From the NCBI GenBank assembly GCA_003170475.1, contig PMZI01000016.1:9165-73164 (forward strand): DNA of 64,000 bases, in the 5' to 3' direction. Made by a program: the position numbers and the translations under genes. Below, one piece after another: positions 1 through 8,486 of the stretch (positions are counted from its first letter, which is position 1; each line of letters begins with the position of its first letter). This DNA comes from Ignavibacteriota bacterium. GTDB taxonomy: Bacteria; Bacteroidota; Ignavibacteria; UBA10030. The notes beneath the pieces were generated by a model. That model was not told the origin of the DNA. It saw nothing but the letters and a program-made list of their open reading frames with translations, and searched no databases.

Positions 1-1
1 C

Positions 2-232
2 TGGCAGGCCAATCAGTCCTGCGGCATCGCAAACGTCGAAATCGTTGGCGTCGACCCGGGAGCGCTTGGGACCTATCTGTTCGACAAACACAAGATCTTC
101 ACGACACCCATCATTCATGACGAATTCAGAGGCACACGCATCACCCCGAGCGTCTACACCACGCTCAAAGAACTCGATCGGTTCGCCGATGTCATGACCA
201 CCATCGCCAAGAAAGGTCTTCCGAAAAGTTAG
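2..232 (+). CDS. 3' fragment of an aminotransferase class V-like (cysteine desulfurase / isopenicillin-N epimerase family) gene, start outside window
   Basis: Frame 2 from the window edge reads WQANQSCGIANVEIVGVDPGALGTYLFDKHKIFTTPIIHDEFRGTRITPSVYTTLKELDRFADVMTTIAKKGLPKS then stop TAG at 230-232. This is a typical C-terminal small domain of fold-type I class V aminotransferases. Confidence 0.45.
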   Translation, partial: WQANQSCGIANVEIVGVDPGALGTYLFDKHKIFTTPIIHDEFRGTRITPSVYTTLKELDRFADVMTTIAKKGLPKS

Positions 233-274
233 TTCGCTTCACACTTCATCGTTCATCATCTAAGGAGAGTTCAC

Positions 275-1141
275 ATGAAACGATTCCTCGGTTTGGCGTT
301 GATTGTCATCCTCGCAGTTCTCGTCGCGGGACAGGATGCTTTGACTCAAACGCCCCAGTCACCGCAGCTACCGTTGCTGCGGGTTCCACGAATCAGCCAG
401 GGTGCAAAGATCACCCAGGTTGTTGGCCTCAGCGAAGTGACCATCTATTACCACCGACCCGGCGTCAAGGGGCGCGTCATCTGGGGTGGATTGCTCCCGT
501 ATGATTCCGTCTGGCGCGCAGGTGCCAATGAACCAACGTTGTTCACCTTCAGCGATGAAGTGACCATCGAAGGAAAGAAGCTCGCAGCGGGGACCTATCG
601 TCTCGTTACGTTTCCGGGAAAGAACACATGGACGGTCGTTTTCAATTCCGAAGTGAAAAACTGGGGAACGATGTACGACTCTCAATACGATGTTCTGAAG
701 TTCAGCGTGACGCCCGAAGCAGGGCAGCCCGAAGAGTGGATGTCATTCAGCTTCACGGATCTCACGCCCTCGTCTGCCCGCGTCATGCTGGCATGGGAAA
801 AAGTGAAGATCGGTTTCAAGATTGAATTCAATACGGCAGGAAAGCTCCAGGGATCCGTTGGCACATGGCAGGTCCTCAATGGCGCGGCACGCTACGCACT
901 CACGGAGAAGGTGTACAACACCGAAGCGATGGGATGGGTCGAGCGTTCGATCGCGATGGACAAGAATCCGACGAACCTCGGAACGAAAGCTGAACTCCTT
1001 GCCGCATCCGGAAAGAGCAAGGAAGCCATCGCCGCTGCCGAGGAAGCAATGGCAGTCGGGAAAGCAAAGGATCCAAAGTTCGACGGATCACGTCAAGGAC
1101 AAGCACTCGCGAAGCTTCTTGGTGACTGGAAGAAGAAATAG
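275..1141 (+). CDS. secreted DUF2911-domain protein with C-terminal TPR-like/helical extension
   Basis: RBS taaGGAGag 10 nt upstream of the ATG. N-terminal signal peptide (MKRFLGLALIVILAVLVAG). Core 'GAKITQVVGLSEVTIYYHRPGVKGRVIWGGLLPYDSVWRAGANEPTLFTFSDEVTIEGKKLAAGTY' matches the DUF2911 family signature as I remember it. A rho-independent terminator follows. Confidence 0.65.
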   Translation: MKRFLGLALIVILAVLVAGQDALTQTPQSPQLPLLRVPRISQGAKITQVVGLSEVTIYYHRPGVKGRVIWGGLLPYDSVWRAGANEPTLFTFSDEVTIEGKKLAAGTYRLVTFPGKNTWTVVFNSEVKNWGTMYDSQYDVLKFSVTPEAGQPEEWMSFSFTDLTPSSARVMLAWEKVKIGFKIEFNTAGKLQGSVGTWQVLNGAARYALTEKVYNTEAMGWVERSIAMDKNPTNLGTKAELLAASGKSKEAIAAAEEAMAVGKAKDPKFDGSRQGQALAKLLGDWKKK

Positions 1142-1148
1142 CGGTCAC

Positions 1149-2951
1149 TCAGAGCGATCTTGATTCCAAGGTATGCGGTACAGAAGAAAGCCTCATCGGA
1201 AAATCGATGAGGCTTTTTGTTTTCACTCTCTCTGGCTCTGCTTTGCTCGAAAAGACAGCACCACCATGACGACCTGCTAAAAACATCTGCAGAACAATCG
1301 CCACAGCTAGGACCACCACACATCCAACCACGTTATACCATAGCCACGGGATTGATGTGAAGAAGTAGCAGCACAGAACAACAATCTCGCCTGCAAATGC
1401 CGCCCAGAACGTCGCCGTCCCTCCGATCCACTTCAGGTAGAACGCTATCAGGAAGATCGCCAGCATCGTACCGTAGAAGAGCGATCCGAGGATATTGACT
1501 GCCTCGATGAGCGACCCCAGCCTGCTCGCATACTGAGCGAAGAACACCGCATAGACTCCCCAACATGCCATCGCCAGGCGGGAGACCAGCAAATAGTGTT
1601 TCTCCTCCCCCTCTTTGTTGATGTGCCGCCGGTAGACGTCCACGACGGAACACGCAGCGAGAGCGCTGAGCTCACCCGACGTCGACGACATTGACGCCGC
1701 AAAAATGCAGGCAAAAAGGAGCCCAACAAGGCCCACGGGCAGGTACTTCATCACGAACGTCAGGAAGATGTAGTTCGTGTCATTCGTGTCTGCCTGAGGG
1801 TCGTTTGCCTGAAGGATTTTGATTCCCTCAGCCCGGATTTCCTCTGCCTGATGCGACGCGACAAGAAACTTTGACTGGGTGATCGCGATATTCCCCTCGT
1901 CGCTGAGTTTTCTTGCTTCCACATACTCGATGGCGGCCGCAGACTTCCGATCGAGGGCCTGGTTGTAGCGCTGCTCGGTCTCCAGGAATTGTCCTCCGTG
2001 CTCACTCTGCCGCACTTTCTCAACCTCCACAGGATTGAAGAAGATTGGCGGGCGCTCGAACTGAAAGAACGCAAAGACCATCGCACCGATCAACAAAATG
2101 AAAAACTGCATCGGGACTTTTGCCATCCCATTGAACAAAAGCCCCAGGCGGCTTTGCGTAACGGACGCACCAGTCAGGTAGCGCTGCACCTGGGACTGAT
2201 CCGTGCCGAAATACGCCAGGGCGACGAAGAGACCGCCCACAAGCCCTGACCAGAAATTATATCGACTGTGGAGATCGAACGAAAAATCAATGGCGTTGAG
2301 TCTCCCCATCCCGCCTGCAACGTGGAGCGCATCGATGAACCCGACATTCTTTGGCAGAAGAACGATCGTCATCACAAAGGCCACGACCATGCCTGCCATG
2401 ATGATGATCATCTGCTGAACGTCGGTCCAGTTCACCGCCTTCACCCCCCCCGACGTGGTGTACACGATGATGATGCCACCGATAAGCGTGGAAGTCAAAC
2501 GAATGTCCCAACCGAGCATCACCGAAAGAACGAGCGACGGAGCATAAATCGTTATTCCAACAGCCAGGCCGCGCTGTATCAGGAAAATAATACTGGTGAG
2601 CGTTCGCGTTTTGACGTCAAACCGATGCTCGAGGTATTCGTAGGCGGTGTAGACGCCAAGTTTATGATAGATAGGAACTGCGGTGATCGAGAGAATCACC
2701 ATCGCAAGAGGAAGGCCGAAATAGAATTGGACGAAGCGCATCCCGTCAACATATGCTTGACCGGGAGTCGAAGTGAACGTGACTGCGCTTGCCTGCGTTG
2801 CCATGATCGAAAGGGCAACCGCGAACCAGCGCATTTTCCGGTCGGCCAGGAGGTATCCTTTGAGATTCGAACTCCCTCTTCCCTTGTAGAGGCCGTAGAG
2901 AACGATGGAAAGAAGTGTACCACCGAGAACGATCCAGTCGGGCGTCTTCAT
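1149..2951 (-). CDS. sodium:solute symporter (SSS/SSF family) with a ~100-aa charged cytoplasmic insertion
   Basis: 600-aa polytopic protein, about 13 TM segments. The region 'ADRKMRWFAVALSIMATQASAVTFTSTPGQAYVDGMRFVQFYFGLPLAMVI' is typical of the SSF family. Residues about 300-400 are hydrophilic and coiled-coil-like (ETEQRYNQALDRKSAAAIEYVEARK...), which is an unusual insert. Confidence 0.7.
   Translation of the reverse strand: MKTPDWIVLGGTLLSIVLYGLYKGRGSSNLKGYLLADRKMRWFAVALSIMATQASAVTFTSTPGQAYVDGMRFVQFYFGLPLAMVILSITAVPIYHKLGVYTAYEYLEHRFDVKTRTLTSIIFLIQRGLAVGITIYAPSLVLSVMLGWDIRLTSTLIGGIIIVYTTSGGVKAVNWTDVQQMIIIMAGMVVAFVMTIVLLPKNVGFIDALHVAGGMGRLNAIDFSFDLHSRYNFWSGLVGGLFVALAYFGTDQSQVQRYLTGASVTQSRLGLLFNGMAKVPMQFFILLIGAMVFAFFQFERPPIFFNPVEVEKVRQSEHGGQFLETEQRYNQALDRKSAAAIEYVEARKLSDEGNIAITQSKFLVASHQAEEIRAEGIKILQANDPQADTNDTNYIFLTFVMKYLPVGLVGLLFACIFAASMSSTSGELSALAACSVVDVYRRHINKEGEEKHYLLVSRLAMACWGVYAVFFAQYASRLGSLIEAVNILGSLFYGTMLAIFLIAFYLKWIGGTATFWAAFAGEIVVLCCYFFTSIPWLWYNVVGCVVVLAVAIVLQMFLAGRHGGAVFSSKAEPERVKTKSLIDFPMRLSSVPHTLESRSL
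1187..1224 (+). terminator. rho-independent terminator (gcctcatcg-gaaaat-cgatgaggc + TTTTTGTTTT) after the DUF2911 gene; overlaps the last codons of the convergent symporter ORF
   Basis: Perfect 9-bp stem, 6-nt loop and a T-run seen directly at 1190-1224. Confidence 0.6.
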
Positions 2952-3070
2952 TCAAACGCCTTCGTAAAGAGGTAAAACAGAAGAATAAGGATCGCGAGTT
3001 CAGCAATCACAAACATATAAAGACGCTGCCATGATCCTAGAACAGGAGGAGGGCTTTCAGAAGCTTCCAT
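2948..3070 (-). CDS. 40-aa single-TM peptide translationally coupled (ATGA overlap) to the symporter gene; possible small symporter subunit
   Basis: MEASESPPPVLGSWQRLYMFVIAELAILILLFYLFTKAFE. Its stop TGA overlaps the symporter ATG at 2948-2951. The hydrophobic core is 20 aa. The upstream part of the ORF-track entry 2948..3337 is actually the tail of the frameshifted gene below. Confidence 0.3.
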   Translation of the reverse strand: MEASESPPPVLGSWQRLYMFVIAELAILILLFYLFTKAFE

Positions 3071-3105
3071 TGGCCGGGTTGAGATTCGAGTTTTGAGTTT
3101 TGAGT

Positions 3106-3587
3106 TCACTTGAACTTGATACCTCTGAGGCCCGCGCTTTTCAGGTAGTTCATCAATCCGCCGATCATTTTCCCGACTTCTGCAGCATGATTGTAAGCCG
3201 TGGTAAACACGTCCAGACTCAAATAGCCCTGATGGAGTCCGACGTAAAGATGACTTATGACTTCGGAAACCGATCCTTTCGCAATTGAAAGGAACTGGAT
3301 AAACTCCCTTGTTCCTCCTCTTCCGGCCCTTCGGCAATGTTCGCCATCACTGAAACTGCAGCACGCCGGAATTGGTCTCTCAGGGGAAAATCCCAGCTGA
3401 AATTGCCTTGCCGAGAAACACGACAGATTTCAGAAACCAACGACCGTGCCTTCGCCAAGCGTCGATTGCCTCCAGCTCCGTAAACGTGGGCAAGAAAGTC
3501 TCCAGCTTGTAGTCCGCGAAAAGGAATTCTCTTCTCAAAACTACAAACTTCTGAACTCAGAACCTCTGATCTACCTCGAACTGCCAA
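3106..3587 (-). pseudogene. four-helix-bundle protein (23S rRNA intervening-sequence protein family, TIGR02436-like) interrupted by a -1 frameshift near 3325-3335
   Basis: Frame a (ORF 3255..3587) gives ...FPLRDQFRRAAVSVMANIAEG then nonsense (PEEEEQGS...). Frame b, continuing from the same point, gives AGRGGTREFIQFLSIAKGSVSEVISHLYVGLHQGYLSLDVFTTAYNHAAEVGKMIGGLMNYLKSAGLRGIKFK*. Together these are the canonical '..RRAaVSIpaNIAEG.gR.s.kEFiqFL.IA.GS..E' family signature. The shift sits in a G/C run (gaagggccgg). The 5' end overlaps the PIG-L gene start by 17 nt. Confidence 0.55.
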
Positions 3588-6057
3588 GCGAAATCAAGTT
3601 CACAAACAGCCTGTACGCGCCGGGAACTCCCGCGGGAAGTTGCCGGAAGAACGCGTATCCCGTAAACACATACGTCCCCTTACCGTACGAAGCGACAAGC
3701 AATCCCCCCTCTCTCGATGGCTCACCGGGATCGTTGCTCGCAAGAATGGCAGTATAGTGCGAGTCCCACTTGTCAGCGAAGTAAAGTCCGCGTTCCTGAA
3801 CCCAGCCATCAAAATCTGCCTGAGTAATCTTGTTAGGAGTGTTCAGCACCGCATGAGTCGGGGCAAGAAATCGTACCGGCGCTTCCTCCACCGACACACG
3901 ATCACTCGTGATATTGAATGGATAGGGCCCGAGGTTTTCGGTCTCAGCTCTCCGAGCAGTCATGTACTGAACGATATACGTTCCCCCTTTTTCCACGAAC
4001 TCCATCAGCTTGCGCTGATTTGCTTTCAGGACAGGTCGAGTGTTGTAGGCCCTCACACCGGCGATGATGACGTCGTACTGGTTCAGTCCGCCGTTCTTGA
4101 GATCCTCGTCTGCGATCAACCCAACAGCGTAACCCAGCTGCCTCAGTACCGTAGGAATGTCGTCACCGGCCCCCATGATGTAGCCGATTCGGCGATCAGT
4201 GATCTTCAAGTCGAGACGGAGCAGGCGTCCCTCCGCCTCCGGAAAAACCGTCTGAGGAGGAATATGCGGATAGCGTATCGTGAGCATGTCCTGGTGCATA
4301 CGGACATCCCCGACAGTCGCCTCAGCACCGAACGACCCCGATGCTGACCCATTTGTGGGCTCAACCTGGAAAACGAGCGACAAGTTTTCATCCTTCTGTT
4401 TTAGATCAAACGGATAGGACGGAGGAGTCACCTTCCACCCCTCGGGAGTTCGAAGCGCGACTGTTCCGGAAGTCATGGAAATGTTATTGCGAAGGTTCAC
4501 CTGTATTGACCGCTGCTTGTGGTCCGGAAATACGTATGTTTTCTCCGGCAAATTCAAAGTGACAGGCGGAATGATCGCAAACGGCCGGTACTGTTCGCCT
4601 TCAACGGGATCAACACCTCGGAAACGCACCGGGACCTCAAACGTCATCGCTCCGTCATTCGAGACGAGCGTCATGCTCATCGTCAGCGCGGGGACATTTT
4701 CCGGCTGACCGACGAGTTCCTGACGAGGGATTCTGTATGCGCCGAGTTCCGATGGTTCGACAAGCCAATACGGTTGAGAATACTGCAAATCCTTTGGCAG
4801 TTTCACAGCAAATGTGAATTGAACCTGCTGATTGCTCTGCAACTGTGCAGTCATGGTCGTATCAAACCGACCGAACGGGCCCACAATCTTCGTAAGCCGA
4901 AACGGATACGATGATCGATTCAGCGCTGATCCGGTGATCTTGATTTCTCCGCCAGGCACCCCAAAGTTGTCGGAAGAAAGAGCGTCAAGCCACAGTCCGC
5001 CGCACAGCTTGATGACTTCAGCAAGTTCACGCTTCTTGACCTGGATCCATGGATCTCTTTTCAACTTCTCAATTTCCGCATACGCATGCAGAAGTGCGGG
5101 AAGAGATTTCGCAGGATTCTCGTCATCAAACGTACGGTAAGCCTCCTCCAGGAGTCTTGCGACGCCTTCGGCTCCGGCGACGCGTGACCATGTCGTGCTG
5201 ACTCCATCGAAGAGATCAGCACTTGCCATATCGCCGGCGATATGTTGAAAGTAGTTGACGAACTCACCTCTGTTCTGACCCGCTCCAAACCCCTGACTCT
5301 TGTGCATGCTTCGACTGCGGCCGGCAATTTCTGTGAACGACTCTCCCAACACCGGGCTATACACTCCGAGATCGATGGTCAGCGAACTGTCCGGTTTTGC
5401 CGGTCGGTCGCTTTGCTGAAAACGAAACACGTTCCACAGAAGTCTTTTCGGTTTCCAGACCTGAACGAATTTCAGCTGTTCAGGAAAGCGTAGCGGATCG
5501 CCGGCGGCGGTGTACGCTTCCTCGGCGAGAGCGGCAGAACTCGTGTGATTCCCATGGCCACCCAGCGTGGGTGTGAATCTCGTGACAACAACATCCGGAC
5601 GGTACGAGCGGATAACCCACACCACGTCCGAGAGTGTTCTTTCCTTCCCCCAAATTCTCATCGTCTCATCGAGTGTTTTCGAATAGCCGAAGTCGATTGC
5701 TCGCGTGAAGTATTGCTCAGCGCCATCGATACGGCGCGCGGCAAGGAGTTCCTGAGTTCGTATGATTCCCATCAGGTCGCCCTGTTCGGCACCGAGGAGA
5801 TTTTGCCCTCCCTCACCCCGCGTCACCGCCAGGTAGGCAGAGCGCATCAATCGACCCTTCGCCATATAAGCAAGGAATGCCGTGTTCTCGTCGTCCGGAT
5901 GAGCGGCGATGAAGAGCACCGAGCCAAGCACGTTGAGCTTCTTGATCGCCAGCCGGAGTTCTGCCGCATCAAGTGATCTGGGAGATTGGGGTTGTGCAAT
6001 AAGGGAAATCGTGAGTGAAGAGATCAGCAGAACAAGAGCAAGTAGCTTGCGCGCCAT
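3571..6057 (-). CDS. secreted PIG-L/LmbE-family deacetylase fused to a large C-terminal ThuA/class-I-glutamine-amidotransferase-like domain (828 aa)
   Basis: Signal peptide MARKLLALVLLISSLTISLIAQ. The 'VLFIAAHPDDENTAFLAYMAKG' HPDDE zinc-deacetylase motif follows. The C-terminal domain is about 550 aa. Confidence 0.6.
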   Translation of the reverse strand: MARKLLALVLLISSLTISLIAQPQSPRSLDAAELRLAIKKLNVLGSVLFIAAHPDDENTAFLAYMAKGRLMRSAYLAVTRGEGGQNLLGAEQGDLMGIIRTQELLAARRIDGAEQYFTRAIDFGYSKTLDETMRIWGKERTLSDVVWVIRSYRPDVVVTRFTPTLGGHGNHTSSAALAEEAYTAAGDPLRFPEQLKFVQVWKPKRLLWNVFRFQQSDRPAKPDSSLTIDLGVYSPVLGESFTEIAGRSRSMHKSQGFGAGQNRGEFVNYFQHIAGDMASADLFDGVSTTWSRVAGAEGVARLLEEAYRTFDDENPAKSLPALLHAYAEIEKLKRDPWIQVKKRELAEVIKLCGGLWLDALSSDNFGVPGGEIKITGSALNRSSYPFRLTKIVGPFGRFDTTMTAQLQSNQQVQFTFAVKLPKDLQYSQPYWLVEPSELGAYRIPRQELVGQPENVPALTMSMTLVSNDGAMTFEVPVRFRGVDPVEGEQYRPFAIIPPVTLNLPEKTYVFPDHKQRSIQVNLRNNISMTSGTVALRTPEGWKVTPPSYPFDLKQKDENLSLVFQVEPTNGSASGSFGAEATVGDVRMHQDMLTIRYPHIPPQTVFPEAEGRLLRLDLKITDRRIGYIMGAGDDIPTVLRQLGYAVGLIADEDLKNGGLNQYDVIIAGVRAYNTRPVLKANQRKLMEFVEKGGTYIVQYMTARRAETENLGPYPFNITSDRVSVEEAPVRFLAPTHAVLNTPNKITQADFDGWVQERGLYFADKWDSHYTAILASNDPGEPSREGGLLVASYGKGTYVFTGYAFFRQLPAGVPGAYRLFVNLISLGSSR

Positions 6058-6307
6058 CGCGGATCCTTTATGCCAATGGGAGGTTGGGAAGAGCAGAATC
6101 AGAGTGATTTCCGGCCTTTTCTGCGCGGAAATATACCATTCCCACCCAGAAGCCGCAAGGAGAAAGGGACCAGCAGCGAAAAGATCACCCGGTTCGGCAG
6201 CCTTTGATAAACAAAGGTCGTCTCATGAATGTTCCTGCGAACGCCACATCGAGCGGATCCACCGGCTTGCTCATCACCGTCTGCGAACCGTCGCACCTTT
6301 TCGATCA

Positions 6308-6349
6308 GTGTAGCGTTCTGCAATCTCCAGACATCTAACTGTTGAGCAG
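6308..6349 (+). promoter_or_regulatory. copy A of a conserved composite element GTGTAGCG-N16-CATCTAACTgTTGAGCAG, ~110 nt upstream of the 6461 gene
   Basis: Near-identical to 27658-27699 (8/8 + 18/19 identities, identical 16-nt spacer length; an extra CCTTT(T)CG block lies just upstream in both). See findings. Confidence 0.45.
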
Positions 6350-6460
6350 TGTGGACATCAACCGGTGATGTCACCCACCACATCGTTACCTCCGGCACGC
6401 CGCTCATGTTTACGACTCTGTAACCATCTGGCAATCACCAGGCATTCCAGGGAGGAATCC

Positions 6461-7783
6461 ATGGCAGCGTTCAAGTTCCGCGTACCGTCGTTATTCCAGC
6501 TTGTCGTTCTCTCCATTGTGTGCTCCTTTCCTCTGTTCTCACAGGCTCCTGCGGACACGGTAGACATCATGCAGAAATCCGCCGTGAAGATTTACGTCGA
6601 CTGCAGCCTCTGCGATCAGGACTATTTCCGGACAGAGCTGACATATGTCAATTTTGTTCGCGACCGGAAGCAGGCACACGTGCATATTATGATCACGCAG
6701 ATGTACACCGGGAGCGGCGGAACAGAGTACACAATGACATTCATCGGACAACTGGAATTTGAGGGAGTTAACGACACGCTGAAGTACAATGCCAATAAGA
6801 CCGACACTCAGGATATGACGCGGAAAGGGATGCTGAAAGTTCTGAAGACGGGACTCGTCCGCTACGTCATCCACACACCACTCGGCGAGTTCTTCAACAT
6901 TACGTACAACAAACCAACGGCTGCGACCAAAGTTGCAGACCGGTGGGACTACTGGGTCATCAATGCGAACCTCAGCAGCTGGTTCAACGGCGAATCTCAA
7001 TATAAATCGTCGCAACTCTGGGGAGGGCTGACTGCCAGCCGGGTAACGGACGACTGGAAATTCCGGTTTTCAGTGAACTTCAGCTACAACGACAACGCGT
7101 ACGATGTTCAAACGGATGACACAACGACGGTGACCAGCAGATCGATCAGCCGAAGCCAGTGGTTCAACGGCTTCATTGTCAAGAGCATCAACGACCATTG
7201 GTCCGTCGGACTCTTCACCTACCTGAGTTCTGCGACCTACAGCAATATCGATTTCTCTTCCCGCGTGGAACCCGGAATCGAATACAATATTTTCCCGTTC
7301 AGCGAATCAACCCATCGTCAGCTTCGCATCGGCTACCAGATCGGCGTCGGTTCGAGACGTTATATCGACACTACCATCTACTTCAAGAAATCAGAGGTCC
7401 TCTATTCCCATTCACTTTCCGCCACTCTCTCTCTCCAGCAGCCGTGGGGATCAACATCGATCACACTTGCCGAATCACAGTTCCTTCACGACTTCTCAAA
7501 AAATAGTTTCAATGCATCCGGGAGCATGTCGATCCGAGTGTTCGAAGGCCTTTCTGTCACCCTCTATGGCGGATACACCGCAGTCCATGACCAGCTTTCC
7601 CTCGCCAAGAGTTCGCTGACAGAAGCGGAGATTTATCAGCAGCGACGTGAGTTGGCGAAAAGCTATTCCTACTACGGTTCGTTCGGTTTCAGCTACTCAA
7701 TTGGCTCGATTTACAACAATATTGTCAATTCCAGATTTGGCAATCAGGGCGGTGGCGGAACCACCATAATCACGAGCGATTGA
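6461..7783 (+). CDS. secreted hypothetical protein, probable outer-membrane beta-barrel (alternating amphipathic beta-strand pattern, aromatic-rich)
   Basis: Strong RBS GGGAGG 8 nt before the ATG at 6461 (MAAFKFRVPSLFQLVVLSIVCSFPLFSQA signal peptide). The ORF-track start at 6365 is an N-terminal over-extension. A terminator lies downstream. Confidence 0.5.
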   Translation: MAAFKFRVPSLFQLVVLSIVCSFPLFSQAPADTVDIMQKSAVKIYVDCSLCDQDYFRTELTYVNFVRDRKQAHVHIMITQMYTGSGGTEYTMTFIGQLEFEGVNDTLKYNANKTDTQDMTRKGMLKVLKTGLVRYVIHTPLGEFFNITYNKPTAATKVADRWDYWVINANLSSWFNGESQYKSSQLWGGLTASRVTDDWKFRFSVNFSYNDNAYDVQTDDTTTVTSRSISRSQWFNGFIVKSINDHWSVGLFTYLSSATYSNIDFSSRVEPGIEYNIFPFSESTHRQLRIGYQIGVGSRRYIDTTIYFKKSEVLYSHSLSATLSLQQPWGSTSITLAESQFLHDFSKNSFNASGSMSIRVFEGLSVTLYGGYTAVHDQLSLAKSSLTEAEIYQQRRELAKSYSYYGSFGFSYSIGSIYNNIVNSRFGNQGGGGTTIITSD

Positions 7784-7808
7784 GCATTGAGACTATCCAG
7801 ACATTCCT

Positions 7809-7838
7809 GAGCCGCCCCCCCGTGGCGGCTTTTTTTTG
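7809..7838 (+). terminator. rho-independent terminator (gccgcc-ccccgtg-ggcggc + T9)
   Basis: GC stem 7811-7816/7824-7829 followed by TTTTTTTTT. Confidence 0.7.
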
Positions 7839-7970
7839 TTCTTCCGATATGTGCGTTCCGCCTTCACTTTTTTGAATTCATTTCCTTATCTTAGACAGCG
7901 CTTCAAGGCGCCTTGCACACGGGCTCTTTCTCGAGCCACTTCCCAACAGGACATCAAAACATTTCTTGCC

Positions 7971-8474
7971 ATGAGAGTATCGATCACATTCGTCTTCCAT
8001 CTGCTGAGCATCGGGACATTAATGACCACCCTCGTCGCCGGCTTCATCCTCGACAGAAAGATCAGGAGAGAACCCGACATTCATTTGAAGATCTACACAG
8101 CGGGACTCTCAAAGTCCATCGGGCTTCTGTCGCCTGTCGCGGCGATACTCCTCTTACTTACCGGCATTGCGAACATTCACAATCGCTTCTTGGGATATCC
8201 TTCTGAGTGGTATTCCGAAGGCTGGCTTGTTGCGAAAATCATTTTGTACGCCGTGATGGTTTTCAACGGAATGTTTTACGGCCCCGGTCTGATGCGCGGC
8301 CGCCTGAAAGTCCTTCGATCGCAGGCCGAGCAATCCGCTCCCACAAATGCCGACAGTCAGATCCGATCCTACAACACTCAGATCACACTCTTCTACGCAG
8401 TCCAGATCATGCTCTTTCTTTTGATTGTTTACATTTCAGTGTTTGGCACCGCAAAACACCCTGGAGCAATTTAG
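7971..8474 (+). CDS. small integral membrane protein (4 predicted TM helices), unknown function
   Basis: Start chosen at MRVSITFVFHLLSIG..., because the ORF-track start at 7836 lies inside the upstream terminator T-run. Hydrophobic segments alternate with short loops. Confidence 0.4.
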   Translation: MRVSITFVFHLLSIGTLMTTLVAGFILDRKIRREPDIHLKIYTAGLSKSIGLLSPVAAILLLLTGIANIHNRFLGYPSEWYSEGWLVAKIILYAVMVFNGMFYGPGLMRGRLKVLRSQAEQSAPTNADSQIRSYNTQITLFYAVQIMLFLLIVYISVFGTAKHPGAI

Positions 8475-8486
8475 AAAGTCCGTGTT

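Noticed and set aside
6365-6460. N-terminal 32-codon extension of the 6461 gene in the ORF track (GTG at 6365)
   Set aside because: A strong GGGAGG Shine-Dalgarno sits 8 nt before the ATG at 6461, and a clean signal peptide follows that ATG. The extension is Arg/Cys-rich and would bury the signal peptide.
7836-7970. 5' extension of the membrane-protein ORF to 7836
   Set aside because: The extension begins inside the T-run of the upstream terminator (7830-7838) and encodes no hydrophobic or conserved sequence. The internal Met at 7971 precedes the first TM helix.
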